From positions 66,604-130,603 of the forward strand of contig JAISKB010000005.1 of NCBI GenBank assembly GCA_031261085.1: a stretch of DNA of 64,000 bases, in the 5' to 3' direction. The DNA comes from Christensenellaceae bacterium. Its GTDB lineage: Bacteria; Bacillota; Clostridia; Christensenellales; CAG-138. The notes beneath the pieces are model-generated. The model was given only the letters and a program-made list of their open reading frames with translations, did not search any database and was not told the DNA's origin. This document shows, piece after piece, positions 1 to 11,578 of the stretch. Positions within the stretch are counted from its first letter, which is position 1; each line of letters begins with the position of its first letter. The position numbers and the translations under genes were made by a program.

Positions 1-353
1 CGGAGGAAGCGCTCTTTGCGGCGATGTCCGATATGGCGGAGCAAGAGGTTGCTTTTGGCAACCCCGTGCTGGGCGAATTGGCGGAGCGCCTGCTGGCCGA
101 GCAGCCGGATGTGACGCTGCTCATCGGGGAACTGCCGGCCGAAGCCGCGGCGCTGCTGAGCAATGCGATACAGCGCGCCGAAGCCATCATAAACCCGGCC
201 GCCACCGCGCGCGATTGCGTGAAAGAGCTGGCGCGCGATAGCCTGAAGGCGCGCATCGCCGCGCTTTCCGCCAACTATGGCGACGACCCGGCCGCGCGCG
301 AAACGCTGCTGCGATTGCAAAAGCGCTATGCGGCGCTGCGAAACGAAGAATAA
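1..353 (+). CDS. dnaG: DNA primase C-terminal fragment (5' end lies outside the window)
   Basis: The frame of ORF 24..353 stays open back to base 3. It sits directly upstream of sigA, as in the conserved dnaG-sigA operon. The call rests mainly on synteny. Confidence 0.5.
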   Translation, partial: EEALFAAMSDMAEQEVAFGNPVLGELAERLLAEQPDVTLLIGELPAEAAALLSNAIQRAEAIINPAATARDCVKELARDSLKARIAALSANYGDDPAARETLLRLQKRYAALRNEE

Positions 354-417
354 CGCCGCGTGGCGCTATACGATACAAAATATCATGAATCACGCAAAAT
401 GCAAAGGAGTGTTGGCA

Positions 418-1503
418 TTGGAAAATAAAGAAGCCCCGCAAAACGCCGCCGCAAAAATCGAAGAGATCATCGAAGCCGGCAAAGTAAAAGGCGTACTCAC
501 CTATAAAGAGGTGATGGACGCGCTCAGCGAGCTGGAACTGGATACCGAGCAGGTGGAACGCATCTATGACCGGCTGGAGGCGCTCAACATCTATGTGGTA
601 GAAGAGGTTGAGGTCGCCGAAGATATCAACGAGGAAATCGCCGAGGTCGAAACCGAGATTGGCGGGGATGGCATCGCCATAGACGACCCCGTACGCATGT
701 ATCTAAAAGAGATTGGCAAGGTGCCGCTGCTCACCGCGCAGGAAGAGGTGGATATCGCCAAGCGCATGGCCGATGGCGACCTGGATGCCAAGCGCCAGCT
801 GGCCGAGGCCAACCTGCGCCTTGTGGTTTCGGTAGCCAAGCGGTATGTGGGGCGGGGCATGCTCTTCCTCGACCTGATTCAGGAGGGCAATTTGGGGCTC
901 ATCAAGGCGGTAGAAAAATTCGACTACCGCAAGGGCTACAAATTTTCCACCTACGCCACCTGGTGGATACGCCAGGCCATCACCCGTGCCATCGCCGACC
1001 AGGCCCGCACCATTCGCATCCCCGTGCACATGGTAGAAACCATCAATAAGCTCATCCGCGTAAACCGCCAGCTCTTGCAGGAATATGGCCGCGAACCGCG
1101 CCCCGAGGAGATTGCCCGCGAGATGGGCATCACCGAAGAAAAGGTGCGCGAAATCATAAAGGTGGCGCAGGAGCCGGTTTCGCTCGAAACCCCCATCGGC
1201 GAGGAGGAGGACAGCCACCTGGGCGACTTTATACCCGATGAGGATGCCCCCGCGCCCGCCGAGCAGGCCGCGTTTACGCTGCTGAAGGAACAGCTGATGG
1301 AGGTACTCGACACCCTTACCCCCCGCGAAGAAAAGGTGCTGCGGCTCCGCTTCGGCCTGGATGACGGCAAGGCCCGTACGCTCGAGGAGGTAGGACGCGA
1401 GTTTAACGTGACGCGCGAGCGCATACGCCAAATAGAGGCCAAGGCGCTGCGCAAAATGCGCCATCCTTCCCGCAGCAAAAAATTGAAGGACTTTTTGGAA
1501 TAA
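418..1503 (+). CDS. sigA: RNA polymerase primary sigma factor (sigma-70/SigA)
   Basis: Near-identical conserved blocks are present: [97 protein letters not shown] chose the TTG at 418, 8 nt after AAGGAG (404..409). The in-frame ATG at 385 has no SD. Confidence 0.95.
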   Translation: MENKEAPQNAAAKIEEIIEAGKVKGVLTYKEVMDALSELELDTEQVERIYDRLEALNIYVVEEVEVAEDINEEIAEVETEIGGDGIAIDDPVRMYLKEIGKVPLLTAQEEVDIAKRMADGDLDAKRQLAEANLRLVVSVAKRYVGRGMLFLDLIQEGNLGLIKAVEKFDYRKGYKFSTYATWWIRQAITRAIADQARTIRIPVHMVETINKLIRVNRQLLQEYGREPRPEEIAREMGITEEKVREIIKVAQEPVSLETPIGEEEDSHLGDFIPDEDAPAPAEQAAFTLLKEQLMEVLDTLTPREEKVLRLRFGLDDGKARTLEEVGREFNVTRERIRQIEAKALRKMRHPSRSKKLKDFLE

Positions 1504-1525
1504 GCCACAGCAGCTTGATAAAGCA

Positions 1526-1556
1526 AGCGCGCCGAAGAAACAACGGCGCGCTTTTT
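1526..1556. terminator. Rho-independent terminator between convergent sigA and dgt
   Basis: A 9-bp GC-rich stem AGCGCGCCG / CGGCGCGCT is followed by TTTTT on the + strand. Confidence 0.6.
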
Positions 1557-1599
1557 ATATATCTCAATTTAAAGCTAAACCAGCGCCTCCCGGCCCTGC

Positions 1600-2622
1600 C
1601 TATAACCATTCCCGCGGCACAAACAGCCGGTTATAATCCGTAACGGCATATCTATCCGTCATGCAGGCGATAAAATCCGCCGCCACGCGCTCCCGGCCAT
1701 CCTCCTCCACATTTTGAAGGAATTCCGCCGGCAGCTGCTCCACATGCTCCAAATAGTAGGCATACAGCGCCTGCACGATATGCTTGCACTTGCCCTCCTC
1801 CCGCTTGGCATCGGGGTTTAGGTATACCCTTTGGAACATGAACTGCCGCAGCACATCGAATTGCTCCGACACCGCCTGACTTATGGCAATAGCGGGCCGG
1901 CCGAAGCTCTGCTCCAATATATCCAGTATCATGGTGTTGATGCGCTCCCCGTGCGAATGCCCCAGCAGCGCGGTGCAGCTGCCAGGCAGGTCGCTATGCT
2001 GCAGCACGCCCGCGCGCACCGCGTCGTCGATATCGTGGTTGATGTAAGCGATGCGGTCGGCAATGCTCACCACGGCGCCCTCGAGCGTGGCGGGCCTGCC
2101 GCTTTTTTTATGGTTTACGATGCCGTCCCGCACCTCGAAGGTAAGGTTGAGGCCGGTGCCGTTCTCCAGCTTTTCCACCACGCGCAGGCTTTGCAGGTTA
2201 TGCTCAAACCCGCCCGGCACCACATCGTTTAGCACGCTCTCCCCCGCGTGGCCAAAGGGCGTGTGCCCCAGGTCGTGCCCCAGCGCGATGGCCTCGGTCA
2301 AATCCTCGTTTAGGCGCAGCCCGCGTGAAATGGTGCGGGCAATTTGGCTTACCTCCAGCGTATGCGTCAGCCGCGTGCGGTAATGATCCCCCACCGGCGA
2401 AAGGAACACCTGCGTTTTATGCTTGAGCCGCCGGAAGGACTTGCAGTGGATGATGCGATCCCTATCCCGCACAAAATCGGTGCGCACCGGGCAGGGCGTC
2501 AGCGGGAATTCCCGCCCCTTGGTGTGCGCGGCCAGCGTGGCGTAGGGCGCCAGCGTTTGCCGCTCCTGCTCCTCGATATATTCACGAAATTGCGTACTCT
2601 GCACAGCCGTGCCCCCTTTCAC
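1600..2622 (-). CDS. dgt: dGTPase-like HD-domain triphosphohydrolase
   Basis: It has the HD-domain motif GHDLGHTPFGH and RTRLTHTLEVSQI. The 340-aa length is typical of the Dgt-like family. Confidence 0.85.
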   Translation of the reverse strand: MKGGTAVQSTQFREYIEEQERQTLAPYATLAAHTKGREFPLTPCPVRTDFVRDRDRIIHCKSFRRLKHKTQVFLSPVGDHYRTRLTHTLEVSQIARTISRGLRLNEDLTEAIALGHDLGHTPFGHAGESVLNDVVPGGFEHNLQSLRVVEKLENGTGLNLTFEVRDGIVNHKKSGRPATLEGAVVSIADRIAYINHDIDDAVRAGVLQHSDLPGSCTALLGHSHGERINTMILDILEQSFGRPAIAISQAVSEQFDVLRQFMFQRVYLNPDAKREEGKCKHIVQALYAYYLEHVEQLPAEFLQNVEEDGRERVAADFIACMTDRYAVTDYNRLFVPREWL

Positions 2623-2707
2623 CTAAAGCTCTTACCTTGCTATTTCTGCGCGGGATGGAAAAATCCTCTATTCGCGCCATGCAATCGCCGCTTCTTTTTT
2701 CCCCGCC

Positions 2708-2736
2708 TTGCAATGCGGCCTGTTTTCCCCTATAAT
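2708..2736 (+). promoter_or_regulatory. Candidate sigma-A promoter of queA-tgt
   Basis: TTGCAA (2708..2713), a 17-nt spacer, then TATAAT (2731..2736), about 30 nt upstream of the queA start. Confidence 0.5.
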
Positions 2737-2766
2737 TGTAAGCACGAAGCGAAGGAGCTGCAACTG

Positions 2767-4943
<2,177 letters not shown>

Positions 4944-4944
4944 T

Positions 4945-5397
4945 ATGCGGCTGCGGTTTAACCAAGTGGATGAAAGCGCGCTGCAGCTGCTGGCGCAAAA
5001 GCTCGCGCGGGGGCTGTTCCCCGGCGCGTTTCTGGCGTTGTATGGGGATTTGGGCGCGGGGAAAACGGCCTTCGTGCGCGCGTTGGCGCAGGAATTGGGC
5101 ATTTTCGATGTGCAGTCCCCCACGTTTACCATCGTGCGGGAGCATGCGGGCACGCTGCCGCTGTTCCACTTTGACGCCTACCGGCTGGCGGACGCAGGCG
5201 AGCTATACGCCATCGGCTTTGAGGATTACCTCACGCGCGCGGGCGTTATCGCCATGGAATGGTGCGAAAACGTGCCCGAAGCGCTGCCTGATGAGCTGCT
5301 CGCCATATCGCTTGCGGGCAGCGGCCTAAGCCCGCGCACGGTAACCTTCGATTCGCGCGGCGCGCAATATGACGCGCTGCTGGAGGCATTGCAATGA
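4945..5397 (+). CDS. tsaE: tRNA t6A37 biosynthesis ATPase TsaE
   Basis: It has the Walker A motif GDLGAGKT and is small (~150 aa). It lies upstream of tsaB and rimI. The start is ambiguous between TTG 4936 and ATG 4945. Confidence 0.85.
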   Translation: MRLRFNQVDESALQLLAQKLARGLFPGAFLALYGDLGAGKTAFVRALAQELGIFDVQSPTFTIVREHAGTLPLFHFDAYRLADAGELYAIGFEDYLTRAGVIAMEWCENVPEALPDELLAISLAGSGLSPRTVTFDSRGAQYDALLEALQ

Positions 5398-6029
5398 TAC
5401 GGCTCGCCATATCCACCTCCGACAGCCGCCCCTCCGCCGCCGTGTTCGAGGGGGAGGCTTTGCTCGCCCTGTGCGCCGGCGCCGACGCGCGCACGCACAG
5501 CGAAACCATACTGCCGCTCGTGGAGCAGGCGTTAGCCAAGGCCGACGCCCCGGTGCGGGCAGTCGAGGAGTTCGCCGTGGATATCGGGCCCGGCTCGTTT
5601 ACCGGGGTACGCATCGGCGTGAGCCTAGCCAACGCCATGGCCGCCGCCCTAAACAAGCCAGTCGTGGGCATAAGCTCGCTAAACGCGCTCTGCTTTGGCC
5701 GCGCGGGCAGCGTGTGTGCCCTGCTCGATTGCCGCAACGGCAATGGCTATGCCCTGCATGTACGGGATGGGCAAATCGTTTTACCCGAAAGCGCCATCGT
5801 CATAGCCGAGCTGCTCCCCTCCCTCCCCGACGGCACGCTGTTTATCGGGAGCGGAGCCGCCCTGCACCGTGACGCGATACTTAGCGCTCTGCCGCACGCG
5901 CGGTTTATTGACGAAAACATCGTATCCGCCGAGCAGGTTGGCCGCGCCGCCTTTGGCAAGGCCGCCGCAGCCGAAGCGCTGCCGCTCTACCTTCGGCCTT
6001 CGCAGGCCGAAAGGCTGTATAAAGGATAA
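5394..6029 (+). CDS. tsaB: tRNA t6A37 biosynthesis protein TsaB
   Basis: It has GPGSFTGVRIGVS and a YeaZ-like N-terminus. Its start forms an ATGA overlap with the tsaE stop. Confidence 0.85.
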   Translation: MIRLAISTSDSRPSAAVFEGEALLALCAGADARTHSETILPLVEQALAKADAPVRAVEEFAVDIGPGSFTGVRIGVSLANAMAAALNKPVVGISSLNALCFGRAGSVCALLDCRNGNGYALHVRDGQIVLPESAIVIAELLPSLPDGTLFIGSGAALHRDAILSALPHARFIDENIVSAEQVGRAAFGKAAAAEALPLYLRPSQAERLYKG

Positions 6030-6035
6030 TTTCCT

Positions 6036-6533
6036 ATGCAAGAAGAGATTTCTTTCCGCCCCCTGCAAAAGGCGGACGTGCCCCGCATAGCCGAGCTGGA
6101 ACGGCTTTGCTTTCGTTCCCCCTGGAGCGAAAAGGCGCTGCTGGGCGAGGTGCGCAACAAGGTGGCGCATTACCGCGTGGGCATTGTGGATGGATGCATT
6201 GCGGCTTATGCCGGCATGTGGCTGCTGTTCGACGAGGCGCACATCACCAACGTTGCCGTGGCGCCCGATTGCCGCAGGCGGGGCTTTGCAAGGCTGCTGA
6301 TGCGGGAGATGTTCCGCACGGCCTTGCTGCACGGCGCCGGCCACATGACGCTGGAGGTGCGCGAAACCAACCTGGGCGCGCAGGCGCTGTATGCCGGGCT
6401 GGGGTTTTTGCAATCGGGCCGCCGCAAGGGCTATTACAGCGATACCGGCGAGGACGCGCTGATTTTGTGGAACCATGACATCGCGGCCTGCCTACAACAA
6501 TGTGAAGCGAATATAAATACAAATCAAGTATAG
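6036..6533 (+). CDS. rimI: Ribosomal-protein-alanine N-acetyltransferase (GNAT)
   Basis: The GNAT core VAPDCRRRGFARLLM is present. It occupies the canonical position after tsaE-tsaB. Confidence 0.8.
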   Translation: MQEEISFRPLQKADVPRIAELERLCFRSPWSEKALLGEVRNKVAHYRVGIVDGCIAAYAGMWLLFDEAHITNVAVAPDCRRRGFARLLMREMFRTALLHGAGHMTLEVRETNLGAQALYAGLGFLQSGRRKGYYSDTGEDALILWNHDIAACLQQCEANINTNQV

Positions 6534-6546
6534 GAGCGTATCAGCT

Positions 6547-6702
6547 ATGAAGAAAATCGTCAGCGCCACAAGCGCGCCCGCCGCCGTAAACCGCGTCTAC
6601 GGCAAAACGTTCAGCGGCGATTTCCCCGCCCGTTCCTGCGTGCAGGCGGCCAAGCTGCCCGCGAACGGCTTGGTGAAAATCGAGCTGATTGCGGCGCTGT
6701 AG
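6547..6702 (+). pseudogene. ridA: RidA/YjgF-family remnant with an in-frame internal deletion (51 codons)
   Basis: My own translation is MKKIVSATSAPAAVNRVYGKTFSGDFPARSCVQAAKLPANGLVKIELIAAL. The first ~14 aa match the RidA N-terminus (..APAA.). The last ~37 aa match the RidA C-terminus (VN.VYG..F....PARSCV..A.LP...LV.IE.IA). The central ~75 residues are absent. It is too short for the ORF track. Confidence 0.6.
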
Positions 6703-6710
6703 GCAGAAGC

Positions 6711-7694
6711 ATGGAGCACATTGCTTTTTTTAACGCCGTGCGGCAGGGCTCTCTTTCGGGGGCGTATTTGCTGCACGGTGAAGAGGAATATGTAAAGGAC
6801 AGCGCGCTTGCGGCGCTCGCCGAAAGCCTGGATGAAGCCGCCCGCGAGCTGAACGTGCAGTATTTGAGCACGGCCGAGGCGGATACGCTGATTGCCGCCT
6901 GTGAAACGCTGCCCTTTTTTGCCGAGCGCCGCTTGGTGGTTTGCCGCGCGCTGCCCGTGGAGGCGGATGCGCAGCGCATCGTCCCCTACCTGCCCCGCCT
7001 GCCGCAATCCACCCTGCTGATTTTTGCCGTGCGGGGCCGCGCAAAGGAGACGCTCGCGCTGGTTAAAGCGCTGAAGCAGGCGAATCATATCGTGGATTTT
7101 GCCCCGCTTACGGCGCTCGACGCCGCCAAGTGGGTTTCGCAAAAGGCCGTGAAGCTGGGCGTTACCATCACACAGGAGGCCGCAAAGCATATCGTGGCGC
7201 TGGTGGGCCGGGATGTGGGCGCGCTCAACAACGAGTTTACCAAAGCGGCCTGCTATGCGGGCATAGGCAACGAGGTGACCCGCGAGGCGATATCGGCCTC
7301 GGTCACCCGCAACATAGAGCTGCGCGTATTCGATATGGTGGATTCCTTTTTGGCGGGCCAGGCGAAGGATGGCCTGCACGCGTACAAGCGCATGCTCGAT
7401 GACGGCGAAAGCCCCTTCCGCATGGCCGCCCTGCTCGAGGGCAATTTTAAGCGCATGCTCGCCGCGCGCGCGCACATCGATGCGGGAACCCCGCGCGATA
7501 AAGCGCTTGCGCACCTGGGCAACACCTACCCCATGCGCCGCTCGTATGACCAGGCGCAGCACTACAGCCGCGCGCAGCTGCTCGAAAACATAGCCCGCTT
7601 TGCCAATGTGGGCTATTTGCAGGTATCCGGCCAGCAGAAGGACGCCGACGCGCTGGAGTCCGCGCTGATACGCTGTATGCCGAAGAGGGGTTAG
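6711..7694 (+). CDS. holA: DNA polymerase III delta subunit
   Basis: The 327-aa size and the N-terminal YLLHGEEEYV motif fit HolA. Synteny holA-rpsT-gpr-spoIIP matches Bacillus. Confidence 0.8.
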   Translation: MEHIAFFNAVRQGSLSGAYLLHGEEEYVKDSALAALAESLDEAARELNVQYLSTAEADTLIAACETLPFFAERRLVVCRALPVEADAQRIVPYLPRLPQSTLLIFAVRGRAKETLALVKALKQANHIVDFAPLTALDAAKWVSQKAVKLGVTITQEAAKHIVALVGRDVGALNNEFTKAACYAGIGNEVTREAISASVTRNIELRVFDMVDSFLAGQAKDGLHAYKRMLDDGESPFRMAALLEGNFKRMLAARAHIDAGTPRDKALAHLGNTYPMRRSYDQAQHYSRAQLLENIARFANVGYLQVSGQQKDADALESALIRCMPKRG

Positions 7695-7729
7695 CGGCCA
7701 AGGCTTATATCGCTTATTTGCATCTACAC

Positions 7730-7751
7730 AAAAAAACCGGCGGTTGCCGGC
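7730..7751 (-). terminator. Terminator of rpsT (minus strand)
   Basis: A CCGGC/GCCGG stem with a 4-nt loop is followed on the minus strand by a run of 7 U. Confidence 0.5.
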
Positions 7752-7775
7752 TTATTGCAAGTGAAAAATCGCTGT

Positions 7776-8036
7776 TTATTTTGCCGCGAGCTTAATGGCC
7801 AACTGCGCCTTTTTGCGGTTGGCGGCATTTTTATGGATAACGCCCTTTGCAGCTGCTTTGTCGACCGTGCTCACGGCAGTGGTATAGCTCGTTGCAATCA
7901 CGGCTTCGTCGGCGGACGCAACAGCGGCATCAAAGCGCTTTACAGCGGTTTTGACCTGTGAGGTGCCCATGCGGTTGCGAAGGTTCTTTTTCGCGGTGGT
8001 GCCCACACGCTTTAAAGCGGACTTATGGTTAGCCAA
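7776..8036 (-). CDS. rpsT: 30S ribosomal protein S20
   Basis: MANHKSALKRVGTTAKKNLRNR is a typical S20 N-terminus. The protein is 86 aa and basic. Confidence 0.95.
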   Translation of the reverse strand: MANHKSALKRVGTTAKKNLRNRMGTSQVKTAVKRFDAAVASADEAVIATSYTTAVSTVDKAAAKGVIHKNAANRKKAQLAIKLAAK

Positions 8037-8072
8037 AATAACTTCCTCCTGTTTTTAACTCGAACAGTAGGA

Positions 8073-8101
8073 ATTATACCATGCCTTAGGGCACAATGCA
8101 A
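8073..8101 (-). promoter_or_regulatory. Candidate sigma-A promoter of rpsT
   Basis: The minus strand reads TTGCAT, 17 nt, TATAAT, about 35 nt upstream of the rpsT start. Confidence 0.5.
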
Positions 8102-8194
8102 GCGTATTTGGCTATTTTTTTACCGGCCTTAGCAAAAAGCCGCGCCTTCATGGGCGTTTCAAAAGCGGTTTATGGCTGCTTGCGCGTTTGCGCC

Positions 8195-8224
8195 GTATGC
8201 GAAGGCCGTGCGCGCGCCATAATA
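8195..8224 (+). promoter_or_regulatory. Candidate forespore (sigma-G/sigma-F type) promoter of gpr
   Basis: GTATG (8195..8199), 18 nt, then CATAATA (8218..8224) fits the B. subtilis sigma-G pattern GHATR-N18-CAHWHTA as I recall it. B. subtilis gpr is forespore-expressed. Confidence 0.4.
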
Positions 8225-8265
8225 AGCTAGGTTATGAGTTGAAACGAACGAGGGGGTACTTTTTT

Positions 8266-9189
8266 ATGCAGAGCAGCATATATACCGACCTGGCGATGGA
8301 GGCGCGAGAGCTGCACCCCGAGCTGCAGGGCGTGGTGGAGCAATCCGAAGAGAGCGAGGGCATCCGCATATCGCGTATAGAAGTAAAGACCGAGGAGGCC
8401 TCCCAAAAGCTGGAAAAGCCCCGGGGCCGGTATGTCACGCTGGATGCGCCGGAGCTGACAAACCGCCCGCTGGACCTTTTTGAGCAGGTCGCCGCGCAGC
8501 TGGGCGAGGAGATTGCGCTGCTGCTGGGCAGCCTTGCGTCCGATGCCACCGTGCTGATAGTGGGCCTTGGCAACCGCGCCATCACCTCGGATTCGCTGGG
8601 CCCCAAAACCGTGGAGCAGGTGTATGTAACGCGGCATGTCACCCAATACCTGCCCGAGGCCTTCCCCCACCCTGTGCGCTCGGTATGCGCCATCGCGCCC
8701 GGCGTGCTGGGCGTGACCGGCATAGAAACCATGGAGGTGGTGCGGGGCGTGGTGGAGCGCGTGCGGCCAGATGTTATACTGGCGGTCGATGCGCTGGCCA
8801 GCCGCCGCGCGGCGCGCATAAGCACCACGCTGCAGCTTACGGATACCGGCATAAACCCGGGCAGCGGCGTGGGCAACACCCGCAAAAGCCTGAATCAGGC
8901 TACATTTGGCGTGCCCGTTGTGGCCATTGGCGTGCCCATGGTGGTATATGCCTCCACCATTTCGCAGGATACCATATCCCTCATTGCGGATGAAACCGGC
9001 CTGCATCACGATGAGGAAACGCTCAAGCGCCTGGCCGAAAAGGTGATTACAGAAAACCTGGGCAATATGATCGTGACCCCAAAGGATGTGGATCAGATCA
9101 TCGCCGATATGTCCCGCATCATCGCGGACGCCATCAACTTTGCCCTGTTCGACGCCGATTACGACGAGGTTCGCATGTTGATTTCATAA
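8266..9189 (+). CDS. gpr: Germination protease (spore protease GPR)
   Basis: The N-terminus YTDLAMEA, GLGNRAITSDSLGP and the D..A aspartic-protease-like region fit GPR. The ATG at 8266 follows GAGGGGG. Confidence 0.9.
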   Translation: MQSSIYTDLAMEARELHPELQGVVEQSEESEGIRISRIEVKTEEASQKLEKPRGRYVTLDAPELTNRPLDLFEQVAAQLGEEIALLLGSLASDATVLIVGLGNRAITSDSLGPKTVEQVYVTRHVTQYLPEAFPHPVRSVCAIAPGVLGVTGIETMEVVRGVVERVRPDVILAVDALASRRAARISTTLQLTDTGINPGSGVGNTRKSLNQATFGVPVVAIGVPMVVYASTISQDTISLIADETGLHHDEETLKRLAEKVITENLGNMIVTPKDVDQIIADMSRIIADAINFALFDADYDEVRMLIS

Positions 9190-9290
9190 CACGGCACCCC
9201 GCAATTTTAAACGGCGCTGCCCGGCGCGCTTTCGCGTTGGCATACTGGCCCTCTCCCCTTCATAGGATTAAGGCAGGGAGGGCTTGTTTC

Positions 9291-10337
9291 ATGCGAAAGC
9301 TTCTTCGCGCACGGCGGCAGGCGCCGCGCGTGCGGCGCGATACCCCCGCAAAGCGCATAAAACCCGTGTCGTATGGCCCCACGCTGGCGGCGTTGTTCTT
9401 TTGCTGCCTGGGGGCGCTATTTTTGCACAGCCGCAGCTATTATGGCGGCGCGTTCGATTTTTATCACGCGCTCAGCGCCCTGCAGCTGCCGCTGCTATAC
9501 AGCCTGCCCTATGCAAGCGACGCCGCCCCACGGCCGCAAGCGCCGCTCGTCATCGCGGGCATAGATATCGCCAGCGACGTGAGCAACGGCATACGGGTAG
9601 AGCTGTTTTCTACCGCGCCCTCCCCCACGGTGGATCTTTCCGGCGCGGATCCGAAAATACTCATTTACCATACCCACACCACCGAGGCCTATTTTAAAAC
9701 CCCCGCGCATGATTATACCGACGCCGGGAAGTGGCGCACGACCGAAAGCGAGCATAACATCGTGGCGGTGGGCGAAAAGCTGGCAACGCTGCTGCGGGAT
9801 CAATACGGCATAAGCGTGCTGCACGACATGACCGACCATGAGCCCCCCAAGCTGGCCACCAGCTATTCCCGCTCGGTGCGCACCATGAAAGATTACCGCG
9901 CCAAATACCCGTCCCTCTCGATGTATATCGATGTGCACCGGGATTCCTACAGCGCCGAGGATCCTAAAAAACCTTCGGACTATGTTGTGATAGACGGCAA
10001 GGAGGTGGCGCGGCTGATGTTTGTGGTGGGCACCGGCGAGGGCGCCACCGGCACCGGCTATGGCGAAATGCCGGATTTTGCGGCCAACTACGCGCTGGCC
10101 AAGCGCATTACCGAAAGCCTTGCCAAGGTGGAGCCGGGCCTGGTGCGCAATATCCGCGTGAAAACCGGACGGTACAACCAACACATATCCAACCAGTGCC
10201 TGCTTGTGGAGGTCGGGCATAACGGCAACACGCTGGAGCAGGCGCTCAACGCGATAGACTACCTGGCCGCCGCCATCGCCGAAGCCGCCGGATTGGCCGA
10301 ACCGCAGGGCGGGGCTTCGAGGCTGTTTACGCCATAA
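9291..10337 (+). CDS. spoIIP: Stage II sporulation protein P
   Basis: Motifs ILIYHTHTTEAY and YIDVHRD are present, with an N-terminal TM segment. It lies directly after gpr, as in Bacillus. Confidence 0.85.
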   Translation: MRKLLRARRQAPRVRRDTPAKRIKPVSYGPTLAALFFCCLGALFLHSRSYYGGAFDFYHALSALQLPLLYSLPYASDAAPRPQAPLVIAGIDIASDVSNGIRVELFSTAPSPTVDLSGADPKILIYHTHTTEAYFKTPAHDYTDAGKWRTTESEHNIVAVGEKLATLLRDQYGISVLHDMTDHEPPKLATSYSRSVRTMKDYRAKYPSLSMYIDVHRDSYSAEDPKKPSDYVVIDGKEVARLMFVVGTGEGATGTGYGEMPDFAANYALAKRITESLAKVEPGLVRNIRVKTGRYNQHISNQCLLVEVGHNGNTLEQALNAIDYLAAAIAEAAGLAEPQGGASRLFTP

Positions 10338-10406
10338 AGGAGTGGTACCCAAATATAGAACAATAGAAAAAAGCGCGGTTCTCCACGCCTTTTTCTTAAA
10401 AAATAG

Positions 10407-10768
10407 TTTGCGAGCAAGCGATAAGCCGAGTTCTGTCCGGGCGCATAAAGCGCCGTGGGTGACCATCTATCTAGGCATACCGTTGCCGGTATGCTCAAGC
10501 GATTATCAAGAGCATGACGGGCCGCCATTAAATGCTCTCATTCCAATCTTGCACCGGGTGGGGTTTACAGGGCGGCAAAGTTGCCATTGCCGCCGGTGAG
10601 CTCTTACCTCGCCTGTCCATCCTTACCCGGCAAATGCCGGGCGGTATATCTCTGTTGCACTTTCCCTAGAGTCGCCTCCGCCGGACGTTATCCGGCACCC
10701 TTGCCCTGTGGAGCTCGGACTTTCCTCATACGGACGCGCCGTATGCAGTCACCTAGCTTACTCGCAAA
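10407..10768 (-). ncRNA. rnpB: RNase P RNA
   Basis: The minus strand contains the universal blocks GAGGAAAGTCCGAGCTCCACAGGGCA and ACAGAACTCGGCTTAT. The termini pair (TTTGCGAG / CTCGCAAA) as P1. Length is ~360 nt. The ORFs listed here (10342..10599, 10581..10790) are spurious. Confidence 0.85.
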
Positions 10769-10796
10769 CAAACTGTATTCACTTGAATAATGGGCA

Positions 10797-11519
10797 CTAC
10801 GCGCGGGGGGTATAAAGTATGCGGCCGCAGTTTTCACACTCGACCGGCCCCGTGCCGGACGCCACCTTTTTGACCACCACGGTGGGCAGGCTCATGCGGC
10901 AGCCGCTGCACTGGTTGTTTTCCACCGTGGCCATGGGCACCGTGTGGTGCGTTTTTACCGCCGCATACCGGGTGAGGAGCGCGGGTTCCACCAGCGCCTT
11001 CTGCTTTTCGGCCTCGGCGCGGGCGGCGTCTATCTCGGGCTGCGCGGCGGCAAGCTCTTCTTCACAGGCGATGCGGGCGGCGTCATAATCCTTCTTCGCG
11101 TGGCCCGCCTTGGTAAAGCGGTCTTTATAATCGGCGGTCGTCTTTTCGACCCAATGGAAGGTGTCGAAAATATCCCGCTTGGCAAGCCCCAGCTGATCCT
11201 GCAGGGCTTCGAGCGCTTTGCGGCTTTCCGTCATCTCGGCGGCGGTGCATTCGGGGTCGTTCTCCATGGCCGCAAATTCGGAAACCTCCAGCTCGTACTT
11301 ATGCGCCAGCTCCTCAAATTGCGCGCTCAGCTTTGCAAGCGCCGCCTGGCGCGCATCCATCTGCTTTTGGATGGAAGAAATTTGCGCCTGCTGCTCGGTC
11401 AAAAAGCTGTGGAGCTTATTGAGCTTCGCGCGGGCGGGGGTGGCTTTTACCTTATTCTCCAGCGCGTCCAGCGCCAACTCCGCCTGTTGATATTGCCACA
11501 GTGCATCCAGCTTGCCCAT
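10797..11519 (-). CDS. Coiled-coil protein with C-terminal C4 zinc ribbon (COG1579/DUF164 family)
   Basis: It has a long coiled-coil region and C-terminal CSGC..(N)..CENCGRILY. It lies downstream of Nif3, a widely conserved pairing. Confidence 0.75.
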   Translation of the reverse strand: MGKLDALWQYQQAELALDALENKVKATPARAKLNKLHSFLTEQQAQISSIQKQMDARQAALAKLSAQFEELAHKYELEVSEFAAMENDPECTAAEMTESRKALEALQDQLGLAKRDIFDTFHWVEKTTADYKDRFTKAGHAKKDYDAARIACEEELAAAQPEIDAARAEAEKQKALVEPALLTRYAAVKTHHTVPMATVENNQCSGCRMSLPTVVVKKVASGTGPVECENCGRILYTPRA

Positions 11520-11578
11520 GAAAAAACCCTCCCAATCTATTTATACCTTGCCGCGCAGGCGCCAGTGAGCATGTTAAC

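Noticed and set aside
2344-2766. A 141-codon N-terminal extension of the queA ORF, and likewise 3636..3818 for tgt, 13091..13294 for the SPOR gene and 12327..13274 for trmK.
   Set aside because: The extensions overlap the neighbouring gene or the predicted promoter, have no homology-like content, and lack an SD. Internal starts with a good SD reproduce the canonical protein N-termini.
10342-10790. Two ORFs of 85 and 69 aa on the + strand.
   Set aside because: The region on the opposite strand is RNase P RNA with its universal conserved blocks. The ORFs are artefacts.
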